Positions 35,446 to 45,712 of a DNA stretch of 64,000 bases are shown piece by piece. The first letter of the stretch is position 1; each line of letters begins with the position of its first letter. The translations under genes were made by a program, and so were the position numbers. Under the pieces are notes generated by a model. It was not told the DNA's origin. It made no database searches and was given only the letters and a program-made list of their open reading frames with translations. Location of the stretch: NCBI GenBank assembly GCA_017620655.1, contig JAGAUT010000085.1, forward strand, positions 939 through 64,938, read 5' to 3'. This DNA is from Clostridia bacterium. Its GTDB lineage: Bacteria; Bacillota; Clostridia; Oscillospirales; CAG-382.

Positions 35446-36867
35446 ATGAGACGTTATCTCGGACTCATTATGGCGGGACTTATGTTTTTTGCCCTGCCAA
35501 ACTTCAACCTGCTTGATATAATGCCCGACTTTGTTGGTGCAATTCTTATCATGATCGGGCTTTCAAAAATGTATATGTACGACGGGAATTTCGAGGATGC
35601 AAGAAAGAGTGCAAAGTTCCTTTTATGGATTTCGCTTCTGAGACTTGTGCTGTGCGTGTGGGCAACCTCGGGCGGAAGACGGGACTATCTTGTTCCCTTT
35701 ACGTTTATCATATGCGTGCTTGAGGCAATATACATGATTTCGCTTTTCAAGGGATTATATCTCGGGCTTGAATACACACTCATGCGTGCAGACAGCGAAA
35801 GGCTCGTAAAAAAGACAAACGAAGCCTTTACCCTGTCGTTCATCTTTGTAATTGTCTCAAGAGTGCTTGAATTTGCACCGCAGATTTGCGAAATATACCG
35901 TCAGGATGCAGAGCTTGACCTGTCAGCAGGTGCTTCCTTTAAAATGTCCATGGCTCAGATGGCAATGTATGTTACGGGAGTATGTCTTATATGCGGACTC
36001 ATTCTCGGCATCATCTATCTTTTCGTTACGGCTGACACATGGATAAGAGTTATTGCCGACAAAAACTATGCCCCCTTTCTCAAGGGCAAATACAGCGGAT
36101 ATCTTGAAAACAGCAGAGAAGAATTTATGGCAGGCAGAATTTCGACGGTTTATTTTCTTCTCACCCTGTCCTTCATATTTTTCTTTGACTTCTACATCGA
36201 CGGCATAAACCTTATTCCCACCGGCATAGGCATACTGCTCATGGGTGCGGCGAGTCTTTACCTTTCAAAGCTTTTGGGGAAAGGCACGGCAAAAACAGTT
36301 CTTCTTTCCCTTTTTGCACTTGTAAGTTCGTGTTTGTCTTATCTTTTCATGAACAGAGTCCATCTCGGAATAAACTACCTCTGTTCGTTTGAAACCTACA
36401 ACTACAGAGAGTTCGCACTTCTTGAAAGTACAAGGTCTGTATATTATGCAGCACTTCTTTCGGGACTTGAATTTATTCTCTGCACCATTTTGCTTGTCTT
36501 TACGGTATCGGAAATAACAAGGCTTTTCGCTCTTGAAAAAAGAAGCGTTGCAATTCCCATGCTGAAGCTTCTGTGTGTGCCGTCGGTTATGACATTTTTA
36601 TGTTCATCTGTGCTGAAGGTATTAAGAACGGTTGAAGGTCATCTTGCAACAAACACCACCGTTTTGGAATACATTCAGAACAAAGCGAGAATTACAAATC
36701 AGAAGGACTATCTTGAGTATATGCAGAATCCTCTCATAGCTCAGTATGAAAAAATAAGCTCGGCAACGTATTTCCTTTCCTTTGCGGTAGTAGTGCTTGT
36801 ACTTGTCTGCGTGCTTTATGCCATAAGGATAAGACGTTTTACCGAGGGAGATTACGAAAAAAAGTGA
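35446..36867 (+). CDS. hypothetical polytopic membrane protein
   Basis: 473 aa from ATG 35446 (GGAGGA RBS). Internal repeats of an (I/L)xPD/T-x-(V/I)G-x-(I/L)L(I/M)-x-G module (res ~25 and ~275). Confidence 0.55.
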   Translation: MRRYLGLIMAGLMFFALPNFNLLDIMPDFVGAILIMIGLSKMYMYDGNFEDARKSAKFLLWISLLRLVLCVWATSGGRRDYLVPFTFIICVLEAIYMISLFKGLYLGLEYTLMRADSERLVKKTNEAFTLSFIFVIVSRVLEFAPQICEIYRQDAELDLSAGASFKMSMAQMAMYVTGVCLICGLILGIIYLFVTADTWIRVIADKNYAPFLKGKYSGYLENSREEFMAGRISTVYFLLTLSFIFFFDFYIDGINLIPTGIGILLMGAASLYLSKLLGKGTAKTVLLSLFALVSSCLSYLFMNRVHLGINYLCSFETYNYREFALLESTRSVYYAALLSGLEFILCTILLVFTVSEITRLFALEKRSVAIPMLKLLCVPSVMTFLCSSVLKVLRTVEGHLATNTTVLEYIQNKARITNQKDYLEYMQNPLIAQYEKISSATYFLSFAVVVLVLVCVLYAIRIRRFTEGDYEKK

Positions 36868-36873
36868 TGAATT

Positions 36874-37074
36874 ATGGAAATTAAAAGTTTCGGTGTCGGA
36901 GACACACTCAATATGAAAAAGAATCACGCCTGCGACAAAAACGCAAAGCAGCTGCTTGTGTTAATGAGCGGCAGTGACGTAAAAGTGAAATGCAAATCGT
37001 GCGGACGGGAAATGATTGTTCCCCGTGTCAAGCTCGAGAAAAGTATAAAAAATGTTACCCGAAAGGAAAATTAA
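36874..37074 (+). CDS. DUF951 family small protein
   Basis: 66 aa. GDTLNMKKNHAC...VKCKSCGREMIVPR matches the DUF951 pattern. Confidence 0.65.
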   Translation: MEIKSFGVGDTLNMKKNHACDKNAKQLLVLMSGSDVKVKCKSCGREMIVPRVKLEKSIKNVTRKEN

Positions 37075-37080
37075 ACCTCT

Positions 37081-38157
37081 ATGTTTGAAAACTTAATGGA
37101 AGCCGAAAAGCATTTTGAAGAAATAAATGAAATGCTTATGGACCCCGAGGTTATCTCGGACAACGAAAAGTACAAAAACCTCATGAAAGAGCACAAAAAT
37201 CTATCTCCCATTATTGAAAAGTACAGAGAGTACAAGACTGTACAGAACAATCTTGAGGGTGCAAAGCAGCTTATCGACGAAAGCTCGGGTGACCCCGAAA
37301 TGAGAGAAATGGCTGAAGAAGAATACAAGGAATGCAAAGAAGCCATTGAAACAATTACGGATGAACTCAAGATTCTCCTTCTTCCCAAGGACGAAGATGA
37401 CGACAAGAACGTAATTATCGAAATCAGAGCCGGAACAGGCGGTGAAGAAGCAGCCCTCTTTGCCCACAGCGTATACAGAATGTACTCCATGTACGCAGAC
37501 CGCAAGGGCTACAAGATCGAAGTTATGAACATCAACGAAACAGAGCTTGGCGGTGTAAAGGAAATTTCCTTTATGGTTGAAGGTAACGGTGCATTCGCAA
37601 GGTTCAAGTTTGAAAGCGGTGTTCACAGAGTTCAGCGTGTTCCCGAAACAGAAACTCAGGGACGTGTTCATACATCGGCTATCACCGTTGCCGTTCTTCC
37701 CGAAGCTGAAGAAGTTGAAATTGACATTAACCCTGCCGACCTTGAAATCGACACCTTCCGAAGCGGCGGTGCAGGAGGTCAGCACGTAAACAAGACAGAC
37801 TCTGCTATCCGTATTACACATAAGCCTACGGGTGTTGTTGTCGAATGTCAGGATGAGCGAAGCCAGTTTAAAAACCGTGACAAGGCTATGAAGATGCTCA
37901 GAACCAAGCTTCTCGATGCAGAAAGAGAAAAGCAGAGAGCCGAGATTTCCTCCGAGCGTAAGAGCCAGGTAGGTTCAGGTGACAGAAGCGAAAGAATCAG
38001 AACCTACAACTATCCTCAGAGCCGTCTTACCGACCACAGAATCGGTCTTACACTTTACAGTCTCGAGCAGATTCTCGACGGCGACCTTGACGGCGTAATC
38101 GACGCACTTATAACAGCTGACAGAGCAGAAAAGCTCCAGAACAGCCAGTTCAATTAA
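37081..38157 (+). CDS. prfA: peptide chain release factor 1
   Basis: 358 aa with a GGQ motif ([11 protein letters not shown]) and P-x-T tripeptide region ([10 protein letters not shown]). Confidence 0.95.
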   Translation: MFENLMEAEKHFEEINEMLMDPEVISDNEKYKNLMKEHKNLSPIIEKYREYKTVQNNLEGAKQLIDESSGDPEMREMAEEEYKECKEAIETITDELKILLLPKDEDDDKNVIIEIRAGTGGEEAALFAHSVYRMYSMYADRKGYKIEVMNINETELGGVKEISFMVEGNGAFARFKFESGVHRVQRVPETETQGRVHTSAITVAVLPEAEEVEIDINPADLEIDTFRSGGAGGQHVNKTDSAIRITHKPTGVVVECQDERSQFKNRDKAMKMLRTKLLDAEREKQRAEISSERKSQVGSGDRSERIRTYNYPQSRLTDHRIGLTLYSLEQILDGDLDGVIDALITADRAEKLQNSQFN

Positions 38158-38159
38158 TC

Positions 38160-39218
38160 ATGATATTAGACGAAACAAAGATATTGAAAGTCAGTCCCGA
38201 CCTTTCGGGTGAGGGTGACGTTGAAAAGCTGCAATTTGCTGCAGAGATTATCAAAAAAGGCGGTCTTGTTGCCTTCCCCACCGAAACGGTTTACGGGCTG
38301 GGTGCAAATGCCCTTGACGAAAAAGCCGTTGCATCAATCTTTACGGCAAAAGGCAGGGCACAGGACAACCCTCTTATCGTCCACGTTGCAGACAGAGGGG
38401 ACATAGACAAATACGCCTTTGCAGACGGAAACGGAAAGGCTGACATTTTACGCAAACAAATGCCTGCTCCTCTGACGGTTATTTTGCCTAAAAGAGACAT
38501 TATCCCCTTTACGGTAACCGCAGGACTTGGCAACGTTGCAATGCGTGTTCCTCAGAATGTAGTGGCAAGAAAGCTCATCGAGCTTTCAGGTCTTCCTATT
38601 TCTGCACCAAGTGCAAATCTTTCGGGAAAGCCAAGCCCCACAAAGGCATGGCATGTCATTGCCGACATGAACGGCAGAGCCGATGTAATAATTGACGGCG
38701 GTGACTGTGCGGTAGGTCTTGAATCGACGGTTATTTCCCTTTGTTATGATATACCGAGGCTTCTTCGCCCGGGCGGATTTACATACGAAAAGTTATGTGA
38801 GCTTCTCGGCAAGGTTGAAATTTCGGATGCTGTTCTTGAGCAGTTAAAGGAAGGTCAGAAGCCCGAGTCGCCCGGCATGAAATACAAGCACTATGCGCCC
38901 GAGACGAGCGTTATTCTTGTCAAGGGAAGTATGTTTAAGGTTCGTGAGTTTCTTTCGGGAAAATGCGAGGACGAAAAATGCGGTATAATATGCTTTGACG
39001 AGGACACCGACGCAAGATGTGACAGAATCCTTGTCATGGGAAGCAGAAAGAATGAACAGGAATACGCAGAAAAGATGTTTGACGCTCTACGTTCTACCGA
39101 CCTGCTTTCGGGGATTGATACGGTATATGCCGTTCTTCCCGAAACAACCGACGGCATTTCGCTTGCTATCTACAACAGAATGTTGAGAGCTGCGGCGTTC
39201 AACATAATCGAGCTTTAA
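38160..39218 (+). CDS. tsaC: L-threonylcarbamoyladenylate synthase (Sua5/YwlC type, two-domain)
   Basis: 352 aa. KKGGLVAFPTETVYGLGANA and SAPSANLSGKPSPT are present, plus a C-terminal Sua5 domain. Confidence 0.9.
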   Translation: MILDETKILKVSPDLSGEGDVEKLQFAAEIIKKGGLVAFPTETVYGLGANALDEKAVASIFTAKGRAQDNPLIVHVADRGDIDKYAFADGNGKADILRKQMPAPLTVILPKRDIIPFTVTAGLGNVAMRVPQNVVARKLIELSGLPISAPSANLSGKPSPTKAWHVIADMNGRADVIIDGGDCAVGLESTVISLCYDIPRLLRPGGFTYEKLCELLGKVEISDAVLEQLKEGQKPESPGMKYKHYAPETSVILVKGSMFKVREFLSGKCEDEKCGIICFDEDTDARCDRILVMGSRKNEQEYAEKMFDALRSTDLLSGIDTVYAVLPETTDGISLAIYNRMLRAAAFNIIEL

Positions 39219-39242
39219 AACAAATCGGAAAGGGGTATTTTC

Positions 39243-39845
39243 TTGCTTGTACTCGGACTTACGGGACAAAGCGGTGCGGGAAAGGGAGAATTTTCGCGCA
39301 TATTCGCTACATACGACGGCATTGTTTGTCTTGACACCGACAAAACTGCAAGAGAGGTTGTCGAAAAAGGCGAGCCTTGCTTAGATGAGCTCATCGGATT
39401 TTTCGGCAATGAAATACTCGAGGATGACGGAAGTCTCAACCGTAAAAAGCTTGCAGAGCTTGCCTTCTCCGACAAGGAAAAACTCCAAAAGCTCAACGGC
39501 ATTACCCATTTTCATATAATGAAGAAAATCGAAAAATGGCTCTGTGACGTAAAAAAAGACGGTGCAAAGCTTGCCGTCATTGACGCCCCTCTGCTCTTTG
39601 AAAGCGGTGCAAACGCTCTTTGCGATATAACCCTCGCCATTACGGCACCATATGCTTCACGTCTTAAGCGTATAATCAAGCGCGACGGCATTGACAAAAA
39701 AAGTGCAAAACTGCGCCTTGACTCCCAGCCCAAAGACGAGTTTTTCAAAGAAAGGTGCGACTACATAATTGCCAACAACGGAAGTCTCACCACCCTCCAT
39801 GCAAAAGCGAAACGCTTTATTTCAGACATTCTGTCAAAACTATAA
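39243..39845 (+). CDS. coaE: dephospho-CoA kinase
   Basis: 200 aa with a TTG start. P-loop GLTGQSGAGKG and a DAPLLFE motif. Confidence 0.8.
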   Translation: MLVLGLTGQSGAGKGEFSRIFATYDGIVCLDTDKTAREVVEKGEPCLDELIGFFGNEILEDDGSLNRKKLAELAFSDKEKLQKLNGITHFHIMKKIEKWLCDVKKDGAKLAVIDAPLLFESGANALCDITLAITAPYASRLKRIIKRDGIDKKSAKLRLDSQPKDEFFKERCDYIIANNGSLTTLHAKAKRFISDILSKL

Positions 39846-39862
39846 ATCCGAAAGGTCACAAC

Positions 39863-40429
39863 ATGAAAAAAACACTAACTATAATAGGTCTTCTCATTGC
39901 TTCGGCTCTTATTGCTTTTTTCTGGACTAAGATTGATACGGCAATTGAGAAGAAAAGCCACCCGATTGAATATCTTGAAATTGTCGAGAAACAGGCGGAT
40001 GCACGTTCCGTACCCAAGGAGCTTATACTCGCCGTAATCAAAACAGAAAGCAAATACAAGAGTGATGCAGTATCCTCGGCAGGTGCCGTGGGACTTATGC
40101 AGATAACCCCCGAAACATTCAAGTGGCTGTGTGAAAAGAACGAGGACAAAGCAAACGATCCCAACCTTCTTTACACACCCGAAATAAACATTACCTACGG
40201 TGTATATTACCTTGATATGCTCTATTCCGAGTTCGGTTCATGGGAATCGGCGCTTGCGGCATACAACGCAGGCCCCACAAGAGTCCGTGAATGGATAAAG
40301 AATCCCGACTATTCAAGCGACGGTGTTCTCACCTATATTCCCTACAAGGAGACAAGAGAGTACTTAGAAAAGGTAATGAAGGCGAAAGACAAATACACCG
40401 AGCTTTATTTTGAAAATAACAAATTTTAA
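39863..40429 (+). CDS. lytic transglycosylase (SLT domain), membrane anchored
   Basis: Trimmed to ATG 39863. TM anchor, catalytic VIKTESKY, then GLMQITPETF and AYNAGP motifs. Confidence 0.8.
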   Translation: MKKTLTIIGLLIASALIAFFWTKIDTAIEKKSHPIEYLEIVEKQADARSVPKELILAVIKTESKYKSDAVSSAGAVGLMQITPETFKWLCEKNEDKANDPNLLYTPEINITYGVYYLDMLYSEFGSWESALAAYNAGPTRVREWIKNPDYSSDGVLTYIPYKETREYLEKVMKAKDKYTELYFENNKF

Positions 40430-40456
40430 TATACAACCAAAAAGGAGATTTTTACC

Positions 40457-41884
40457 ATGGCTACAAAGAAAAAGGATCAGGCTCCCGAAAAGTCCAAGGG
40501 CGAGCTTTTAAAGGAAAGCCTCTGCATGACAAAGAAGTATTCCTACGATATCATGACAGAAGAACAGGTCAAGGAATGCTACGACTACTGCGAAGGCTAC
40601 AAGGAATTCCTTGACAAGGCAAAAACAGAAAGAGAAAGCGTAACATACGCTGTTGAATATCTTGAAAGAAACGGCTTCAAGCCCTTTGAATACGGCAAGA
40701 AGTACAAGAAGGGCGACAAGTTCTACCTCAACAACAGAGGCAAGGCAATCTACATTGTTGTTGTCGGCAAGAAGAACTTTGAAGAGGGCGTTCACATTGC
40801 AGCGGCTCACGTTGACACATCCAGAATCGACCTTAAGCAAAATCCTCTTTATGAAGACAACAATCTTGCCTTCTTCAAGACACACTACTACGGCGGTATC
40901 AAGAAGTATCAGTGGGTAACACTTCCCCTTGCACTTCACGGCGTTGTTATGAAGGCAGACGGTACAAAGGTTGAAGTCTGCATAGGCGAAGACGAAAGCG
41001 ATCCCATCTTCTACATCACAGACCTTCTTCCCCACCTTGGCAAGGATCAGGCAGGCAAGCCTCTTTACAATGCGTTCTCGGGTGAAGACCTCAACATCCT
41101 TTGCGGCAGCCGTCCCTTTGATGATGAAAAGGTAGGCGAAAAGATTAAGCTCAACGTCCTCGCACTTCTCAACGAAAAGTACGGCATTGTTGAAGAAGAC
41201 TTCCTTTCCAGCGAACTCACACTCGTTCCCGCTTCAAAGGCAAGAGATGTCGGCTTTGACAGAAGCCTTATCGGTGCATACGGTCACGACGACAGAGTTT
41301 GTGCATATCCCATTCTCACAGCTATTGCAGATGTTGCAGGCAAGAACGAACACACATCCGTTACAATCTTTGCAGACAAGGAAGAAACAGGCTCTGATAC
41401 AAACACAGGTATGACATCCTTTGCATTTGAAGACATGCTCAAGGAAATGTGCATAAATGCAGGTCAGAATCCGAGAAAGATGTTTGCAAACTCGGTATGT
41501 CTCTCTGCCGACGTAAATGCAGGCTTTGACCCCAACTTTGCAGGTGTTTACGAAGCAAGAAACTCTGCATTTCTTAACAAGGGCGTATGCGTAACAAAGT
41601 TCACAGGCGGCGGCGGTAAGGGCGGCACAAATGATGCTCATGCAGAGTTTGTAAGCTACGTAAGAAACCTCTTTAACGACGCAGGCGTTATCTGGCAGAT
41701 GGGTGAACTCGGCAAGGTTGACCAGGGCGGCGGCGGAACCGTTGCAAAGATTCTTGCAAAGCTCAACATCGACGTTATTGACGTTGGTGTTCCCGTTCTC
41801 TCCATGCACGCTCCCGTTGAAGTTGTGGCTAAAACCGACATCTGGTCTTCCTACAACGCATTCGTTGCGTTCTTCAAAGACTAG
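40457..41884 (+). CDS. M18-family aminopeptidase
   Basis: 475 aa. AAHVDTSRIDLK, GAYGHDDRVCAY and LSMHAPVE resemble clostridial aminopeptidase 1 (M18). Recalled, not searched. Confidence 0.65.
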   Translation: MATKKKDQAPEKSKGELLKESLCMTKKYSYDIMTEEQVKECYDYCEGYKEFLDKAKTERESVTYAVEYLERNGFKPFEYGKKYKKGDKFYLNNRGKAIYIVVVGKKNFEEGVHIAAAHVDTSRIDLKQNPLYEDNNLAFFKTHYYGGIKKYQWVTLPLALHGVVMKADGTKVEVCIGEDESDPIFYITDLLPHLGKDQAGKPLYNAFSGEDLNILCGSRPFDDEKVGEKIKLNVLALLNEKYGIVEEDFLSSELTLVPASKARDVGFDRSLIGAYGHDDRVCAYPILTAIADVAGKNEHTSVTIFADKEETGSDTNTGMTSFAFEDMLKEMCINAGQNPRKMFANSVCLSADVNAGFDPNFAGVYEARNSAFLNKGVCVTKFTGGGGKGGTNDAHAEFVSYVRNLFNDAGVIWQMGELGKVDQGGGGTVAKILAKLNIDVIDVGVPVLSMHAPVEVVAKTDIWSSYNAFVAFFKD

Positions 41885-41989
41885 CGGAGAGCCTCCGCGG
41901 GCAAATTCGCGGGCTATCTTTTAGATAAACTGATTTCAAGTGTCGCGCAAATAACTTTTTCCTGCCGTCAACAAGGCGGACGGCAGGAA
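41885..41989 (-). repeat. family-X element, reverse orientation
   Basis: The reverse complement reads hairpin TTCCTGCCGTC/GACGGCAGGAA, then GTTATTTGCGCGAC..., then GCCCGCGAATTTGCCCGCGGAGGCTCTCCGC. It aligns with 367-470 and 62478-62541. Confidence 0.75.
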
Positions 41990-42045
41990 AATTACGACAC
42001 CGACGAAGTTTTGACGAAAAACTGATTTAATCCTCACAGATAACC

Positions 42046-42078
42046 AATTCCCGATACCAAACATCGGCATCGGGAATT
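42046..42078. repeat. solo hairpin of the ATTCCC...GGGAAT family
   Basis: AATTCCCGATACC-AAACATC-GGCATCGGGAATT. Homologous to 367-399, with stem changes that keep pairing on one strand. Confidence 0.65.
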
Positions 42079-42107
42079 TACAAATTACCACTTACGGAGA
42101 AACTCCT

Positions 42108-43412
42108 ATGAACATCAAAGAACTAAAATCCGCCATTCTCGGCGGCTTATATGACAAAGCCTTTTTTGAGCTTTACGGCTCAGACTGCGACATTGAAGCT
42201 GTAAAGGCAAGATACATATCCTGTGCCGACGGCTTTGAAAAAACATACGGTGAAAAGTCATACGGCGACGTACGTCTTTTCTCGGTTGCAGGCAGAAGCG
42301 AAATCTCAGGCAACCACACCGACCACAATCACGGCAAGGTACTTGCAGGCTCAATAAGTCTTGACATCATATCCGTTGCCGCAACAAACAATGACGGCGT
42401 TGTTGCCATCAAATCCGAAGGCTTCCCTGAGGATATCGTTTCCCTCTCGGATGTAGAAAACGTCAGAGAAGGCGAAGAATACAAGGCAAGTGCCATCATC
42501 CGCGGTATGTGCGACGGTTTCAAAAAGAACGGCTACAACATCGGCGGTTATTATGCCTATACCACATCAAACGTACTCAAAGGCTCGGGGCTTTCATCCT
42601 CTGCGGCGTTTGAAGACATGGTAGGCAATATGCTGTCCCACTTCTACAACGACGGCAAAATCGACAATGTTGAAATCGCAAAGATTGCACAATACTCCGA
42701 AAATGTACACTTTGGCAAGCCCTGCGGTCTTATGGATCAGGTGGCATGTGCCGTCGGCGGTTTTGTTGCAATAGACTTCAAGGATCCTAAGAATCCTATC
42801 GTAGAAAAGCTTCCCTTTGACCTTGACAAGTATGGCATCAATCTCTGCATCGTAAACACAGGCGGAAACCATGCAGACCTTAACGAGGACTACGCTTCTG
42901 TTCCCGGTGATATGAAGAAGGTTGCGAAATATCTCGGCGTAGAGTATTTAAGAGATTCCTCAAAAGAAGCTCTGCTTTCAAAAGCAAAGGAAATAAGAGG
43001 TGAGCTTGGTGACAAGTGTCTTATGCGTGCCATGCATTTCTTTAATGAAAACGAAAGAGTAACAATGCAGAAAGAAGCTCTCGCAAAGGGTGACCTTGAT
43101 ACATTCCTTAAGGGCGTCAAGGCATCGGGCCTTTCCTCGTTTACCATGCTTCAGAACGTATACACCGTAAAGAATGTTGACGAGCAGGGACTTTCCCTTG
43201 CACTTGCCCTTGCGTCCGAAGTTCTTGAAAATAGCGGCAAGGCGGCATGGCGCGTTCACGGCGGCGGCTTTGCGGGAACAATTCAGAGCTTTGTTCCGAC
43301 TGAGCTTGTAGATGAATACAAAAACACCCTTGAAAGCGTCTTCGGCGAAGGCTCGGTATATGTTCTTAAAGTAAGAAAATACGGTGCTGTCTGCCTTGAC
43401 AGGCTGAACTGA
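42108..43412 (+). CDS. galK: galactokinase-family GHMP sugar kinase
   Basis: 434 aa. N-terminal GRSEISGNHTDHNHGKVL (galactokinase signature-like) and GHMP motif GSGLSSSAAFE. Exact sugar uncertain. Confidence 0.7.
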   Translation: MNIKELKSAILGGLYDKAFFELYGSDCDIEAVKARYISCADGFEKTYGEKSYGDVRLFSVAGRSEISGNHTDHNHGKVLAGSISLDIISVAATNNDGVVAIKSEGFPEDIVSLSDVENVREGEEYKASAIIRGMCDGFKKNGYNIGGYYAYTTSNVLKGSGLSSSAAFEDMVGNMLSHFYNDGKIDNVEIAKIAQYSENVHFGKPCGLMDQVACAVGGFVAIDFKDPKNPIVEKLPFDLDKYGINLCIVNTGGNHADLNEDYASVPGDMKKVAKYLGVEYLRDSSKEALLSKAKEIRGELGDKCLMRAMHFFNENERVTMQKEALAKGDLDTFLKGVKASGLSSFTMLQNVYTVKNVDEQGLSLALALASEVLENSGKAAWRVHGGGFAGTIQSFVPTELVDEYKNTLESVFGEGSVYVLKVRKYGAVCLDRLN

Positions 43413-43413
43413 T

Positions 43414-43737
43414 ATGGGAAAAATTAAATATTTATTATTGCTGATTTTTAATCTGGTTATTGTGTCGGGCGTTTATTTTTATCTTCTCAACACCCTGCAC
43501 TTTTTCCCGATTATGGCAATATATCAGATAATTGCTCTTGCAGGCGTATGCATATATCTCTTTTTGTTTTTCCACCACAACAACGAAATAGGAAAGGCAA
43601 AAATGAACGGCAGGGAGCTTCCCGAAGAACTGTTACAAAAAAGAAGAAACAGGCTTAAAGCCGTTGTTATTCTTCTTTCTCCCTTTGTATTCACGGTTCT
43701 TGCAGACTACATCTATCTTATTTTCTTTGTAAAATAA
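43414..43737 (+). CDS. hypothetical small membrane protein
   Basis: 107 aa with 3 hydrophobic segments. Starts 1 nt after the galK stop. Confidence 0.5.
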   Translation: MGKIKYLLLLIFNLVIVSGVYFYLLNTLHFFPIMAIYQIIALAGVCIYLFLFFHHNNEIGKAKMNGRELPEELLQKRRNRLKAVVILLSPFVFTVLADYIYLIFFVK

Positions 43738-43761
43738 ACCACAAAAGCAGGTATTATCAAT

Positions 43762-44535
43762 ATGTTCAAAGCTATCCCGCTGTTTTCGGGCTCATCGGGA
43801 AACTGCGTTTTTGTAAAGTACAAGGATGAAGAAATTCTCATCGACGCAGGTGTTTCCTTTAAAAAAATATGTACCGCCCTTGACAGCATCGGAACAAACA
43901 TACAAAATATAAAGGCAGTGCTCACTACCCATGAGCACTGCGACCATGTTCAGGGACTTCCCGTTCTTTCGCGGCACAGGGATATTCCCATATACATCAA
44001 CCGAAACTCTGCGTCCTACTACGAAATACCCCTCGACGAGCTTTTTGAAGGACATGCCAGAATAAAAGATTCGGGCGATGCAATCACCTTTGACGGATTT
44101 GAGGTCAACGTGTTCGCAACACCACACGACTCTATGGGATCCTGCGGATATCACTTCACCTTCTCCGACGGCACTCGCTTTGCCCTTGCAACAGACATGG
44201 GAAAAATCACGCCCGAAATATCCTCGTATCTTCTCGGGTGCAAAACCGTTATCATTGAGTCAAACCACGACACAAAGATGTTGAAAAACGGCCCATACCC
44301 CTACATTCTCAAAAAGAGAATACTCTCGGACCACGGGCATCTGTCAAACGAAGACTGTGCGGAGTTTATCCCAAAGCTTGTTGACATGGGTGCAGACAAA
44401 ATAATCCTCGCCCATCTGTCAAAAGAAAACAACACTCCCGAGCTTGCCTACAAGACGAACGCTGCGTCCCTTGCGGAGGCGGGTTTTACACCGAGCGATG
44501 TAAAACTCACCGTTGCCATGCGTTCAATTATATGA
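43762..44535 (+). CDS. MBL-fold metallo-hydrolase (YycJ-like)
   Basis: 257 aa with HEHCDH (HxHxDH) and a late SNHD/HLS motif. Confidence 0.8.
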   Translation: MFKAIPLFSGSSGNCVFVKYKDEEILIDAGVSFKKICTALDSIGTNIQNIKAVLTTHEHCDHVQGLPVLSRHRDIPIYINRNSASYYEIPLDELFEGHARIKDSGDAITFDGFEVNVFATPHDSMGSCGYHFTFSDGTRFALATDMGKITPEISSYLLGCKTVIIESNHDTKMLKNGPYPYILKKRILSDHGHLSNEDCAEFIPKLVDMGADKIILAHLSKENNTPELAYKTNAASLAEAGFTPSDVKLTVAMRSII

Positions 44536-44548
44536 CGGAGGAACAACA

Positions 44549-45205
44549 ATGCTTGATACAAAAATAATTATGGTCCGTCACGCACAGGGCGACGGAAATT
44601 TAAAGGGTGAGTTTCACGGTCAGTATCCTTCCGACCTCACCCCTCTCGGCATAACTCAGGCAGAGTGTACTGCAGAGTTTTTAAAGGATTATCCAATCGA
44701 CGTTGCCTTTGCCAGCGACATTCCGAGAGCATATTCCACGGCAAAAATCATTGCCGAAAAGCACGGGCTTTCAGTAGCGAAGGACGAGGGTCTCAGGGAA
44801 ATCTGCGGCGGTGTATGGGAAACAATGAAGTTTGACGACATCGTCGTGAAGTATCCAAAAGAGTATGACGTATGGAAGCACGACCTTGGCAACTGCACCT
44901 GTCCCGGCGGCGAAAGTGTAAGGCATCTGCAGGAAAGGGTTCGCAAAACAATCGAAAGACTGGTTAAAGAAAATGCCGGCAAGAATATTCTCATCGGCAC
45001 TCATGCAACGCCCGTACGCAGTATGGCTTGTATATGGAAAGGGCTTGATATTTCGGAAATCGTAAACCTTCCGTGGGTACCCAATGCTTCGGTATGTATT
45101 GTGAAATACGACTCCGAAACGCTGGAGTTTGAAATTGAAGAATATGCCCTTTGCGAGCATCTGCTCAAAAAGAATCTTATAACCGAGCTTCCAAAGAACA
45201 TATAA
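44549..45205 (+). CDS. histidine phosphatase (phosphoglycerate-mutase-like) family protein
   Basis: Trimmed to ATG 44549 (GGAGGA RBS). IMVRHAQGDGN catalytic motif, later GTHATP. Confidence 0.8.
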   Translation: MLDTKIIMVRHAQGDGNLKGEFHGQYPSDLTPLGITQAECTAEFLKDYPIDVAFASDIPRAYSTAKIIAEKHGLSVAKDEGLREICGGVWETMKFDDIVVKYPKEYDVWKHDLGNCTCPGGESVRHLQERVRKTIERLVKENAGKNILIGTHATPVRSMACIWKGLDISEIVNLPWVPNASVCIVKYDSETLEFEIEEYALCEHLLKKNLITELPKNI

Positions 45206-45240
45206 AAGAAACCGCATCCTTTCGGATGCGGTCTTTGTTT
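45204..45240. terminator. bidirectional terminator between histidine phosphatase gene and ytfJ
   Basis: ACCGCATCC-TTTC-GGATGCGGT followed by CTTTGTTT, with an A-rich 5' flank. Confidence 0.75.
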
Positions 45241-45703
45241 ATTCTGTTACTGTTTCTTCTGTTACGGTTACTTCTTCTGTCACAACCGTTTCTGTTTCTT
45301 TTTTATCCTTCTTGAAGATGCCCTTCACCTTGGAAATAATTTCGGGTACGTCGTCAAGCGCCTTATCAATTTCGTTGACTGTTCCTGCGATTTTGGGGCT
45401 TGCAAATTCAGAACCCACATTGAGAAGTGTAGGCGTTCCGTTTTTACTTATAACAATAAACGCAACGGGAGATACCGTAAGACCTGTTCCGCCTGCACCT
45501 GCGTTATTGTTTGTGTCTTTGCCGTATGTTCCGCCGCCGAGACCTACACCTATTGAAACCTTTGATACGGGAATAAGGGTTGTTTCACCCACAACAATTG
45601 GGTCTCCGATTATAGTCTGGGAATCTGCCATGGAACGCACTTCTGCCAGTGCCTGTCTTATTGTTTCCGCGATATTGTTATTGTTTGTCATATTTCTATA
45701 CAC
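45239..45703 (-). CDS. ytfJ: sporulation protein YtfJ/GerW family
   Basis: 154 aa. IIGDPIVVGETTLIPVSKVSIGVGLGGG is the YtfJ signature. Confidence 0.85.
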   Translation of the reverse strand: MYRNMTNNNNIAETIRQALAEVRSMADSQTIIGDPIVVGETTLIPVSKVSIGVGLGGGTYGKDTNNNAGAGGTGLTVSPVAFIVISKNGTPTLLNVGSEFASPKIAGTVNEIDKALDDVPEIISKVKGIFKKDKKETETVVTEEVTVTEETVTE

Positions 45704-45712
45704 CCTTTCGCA

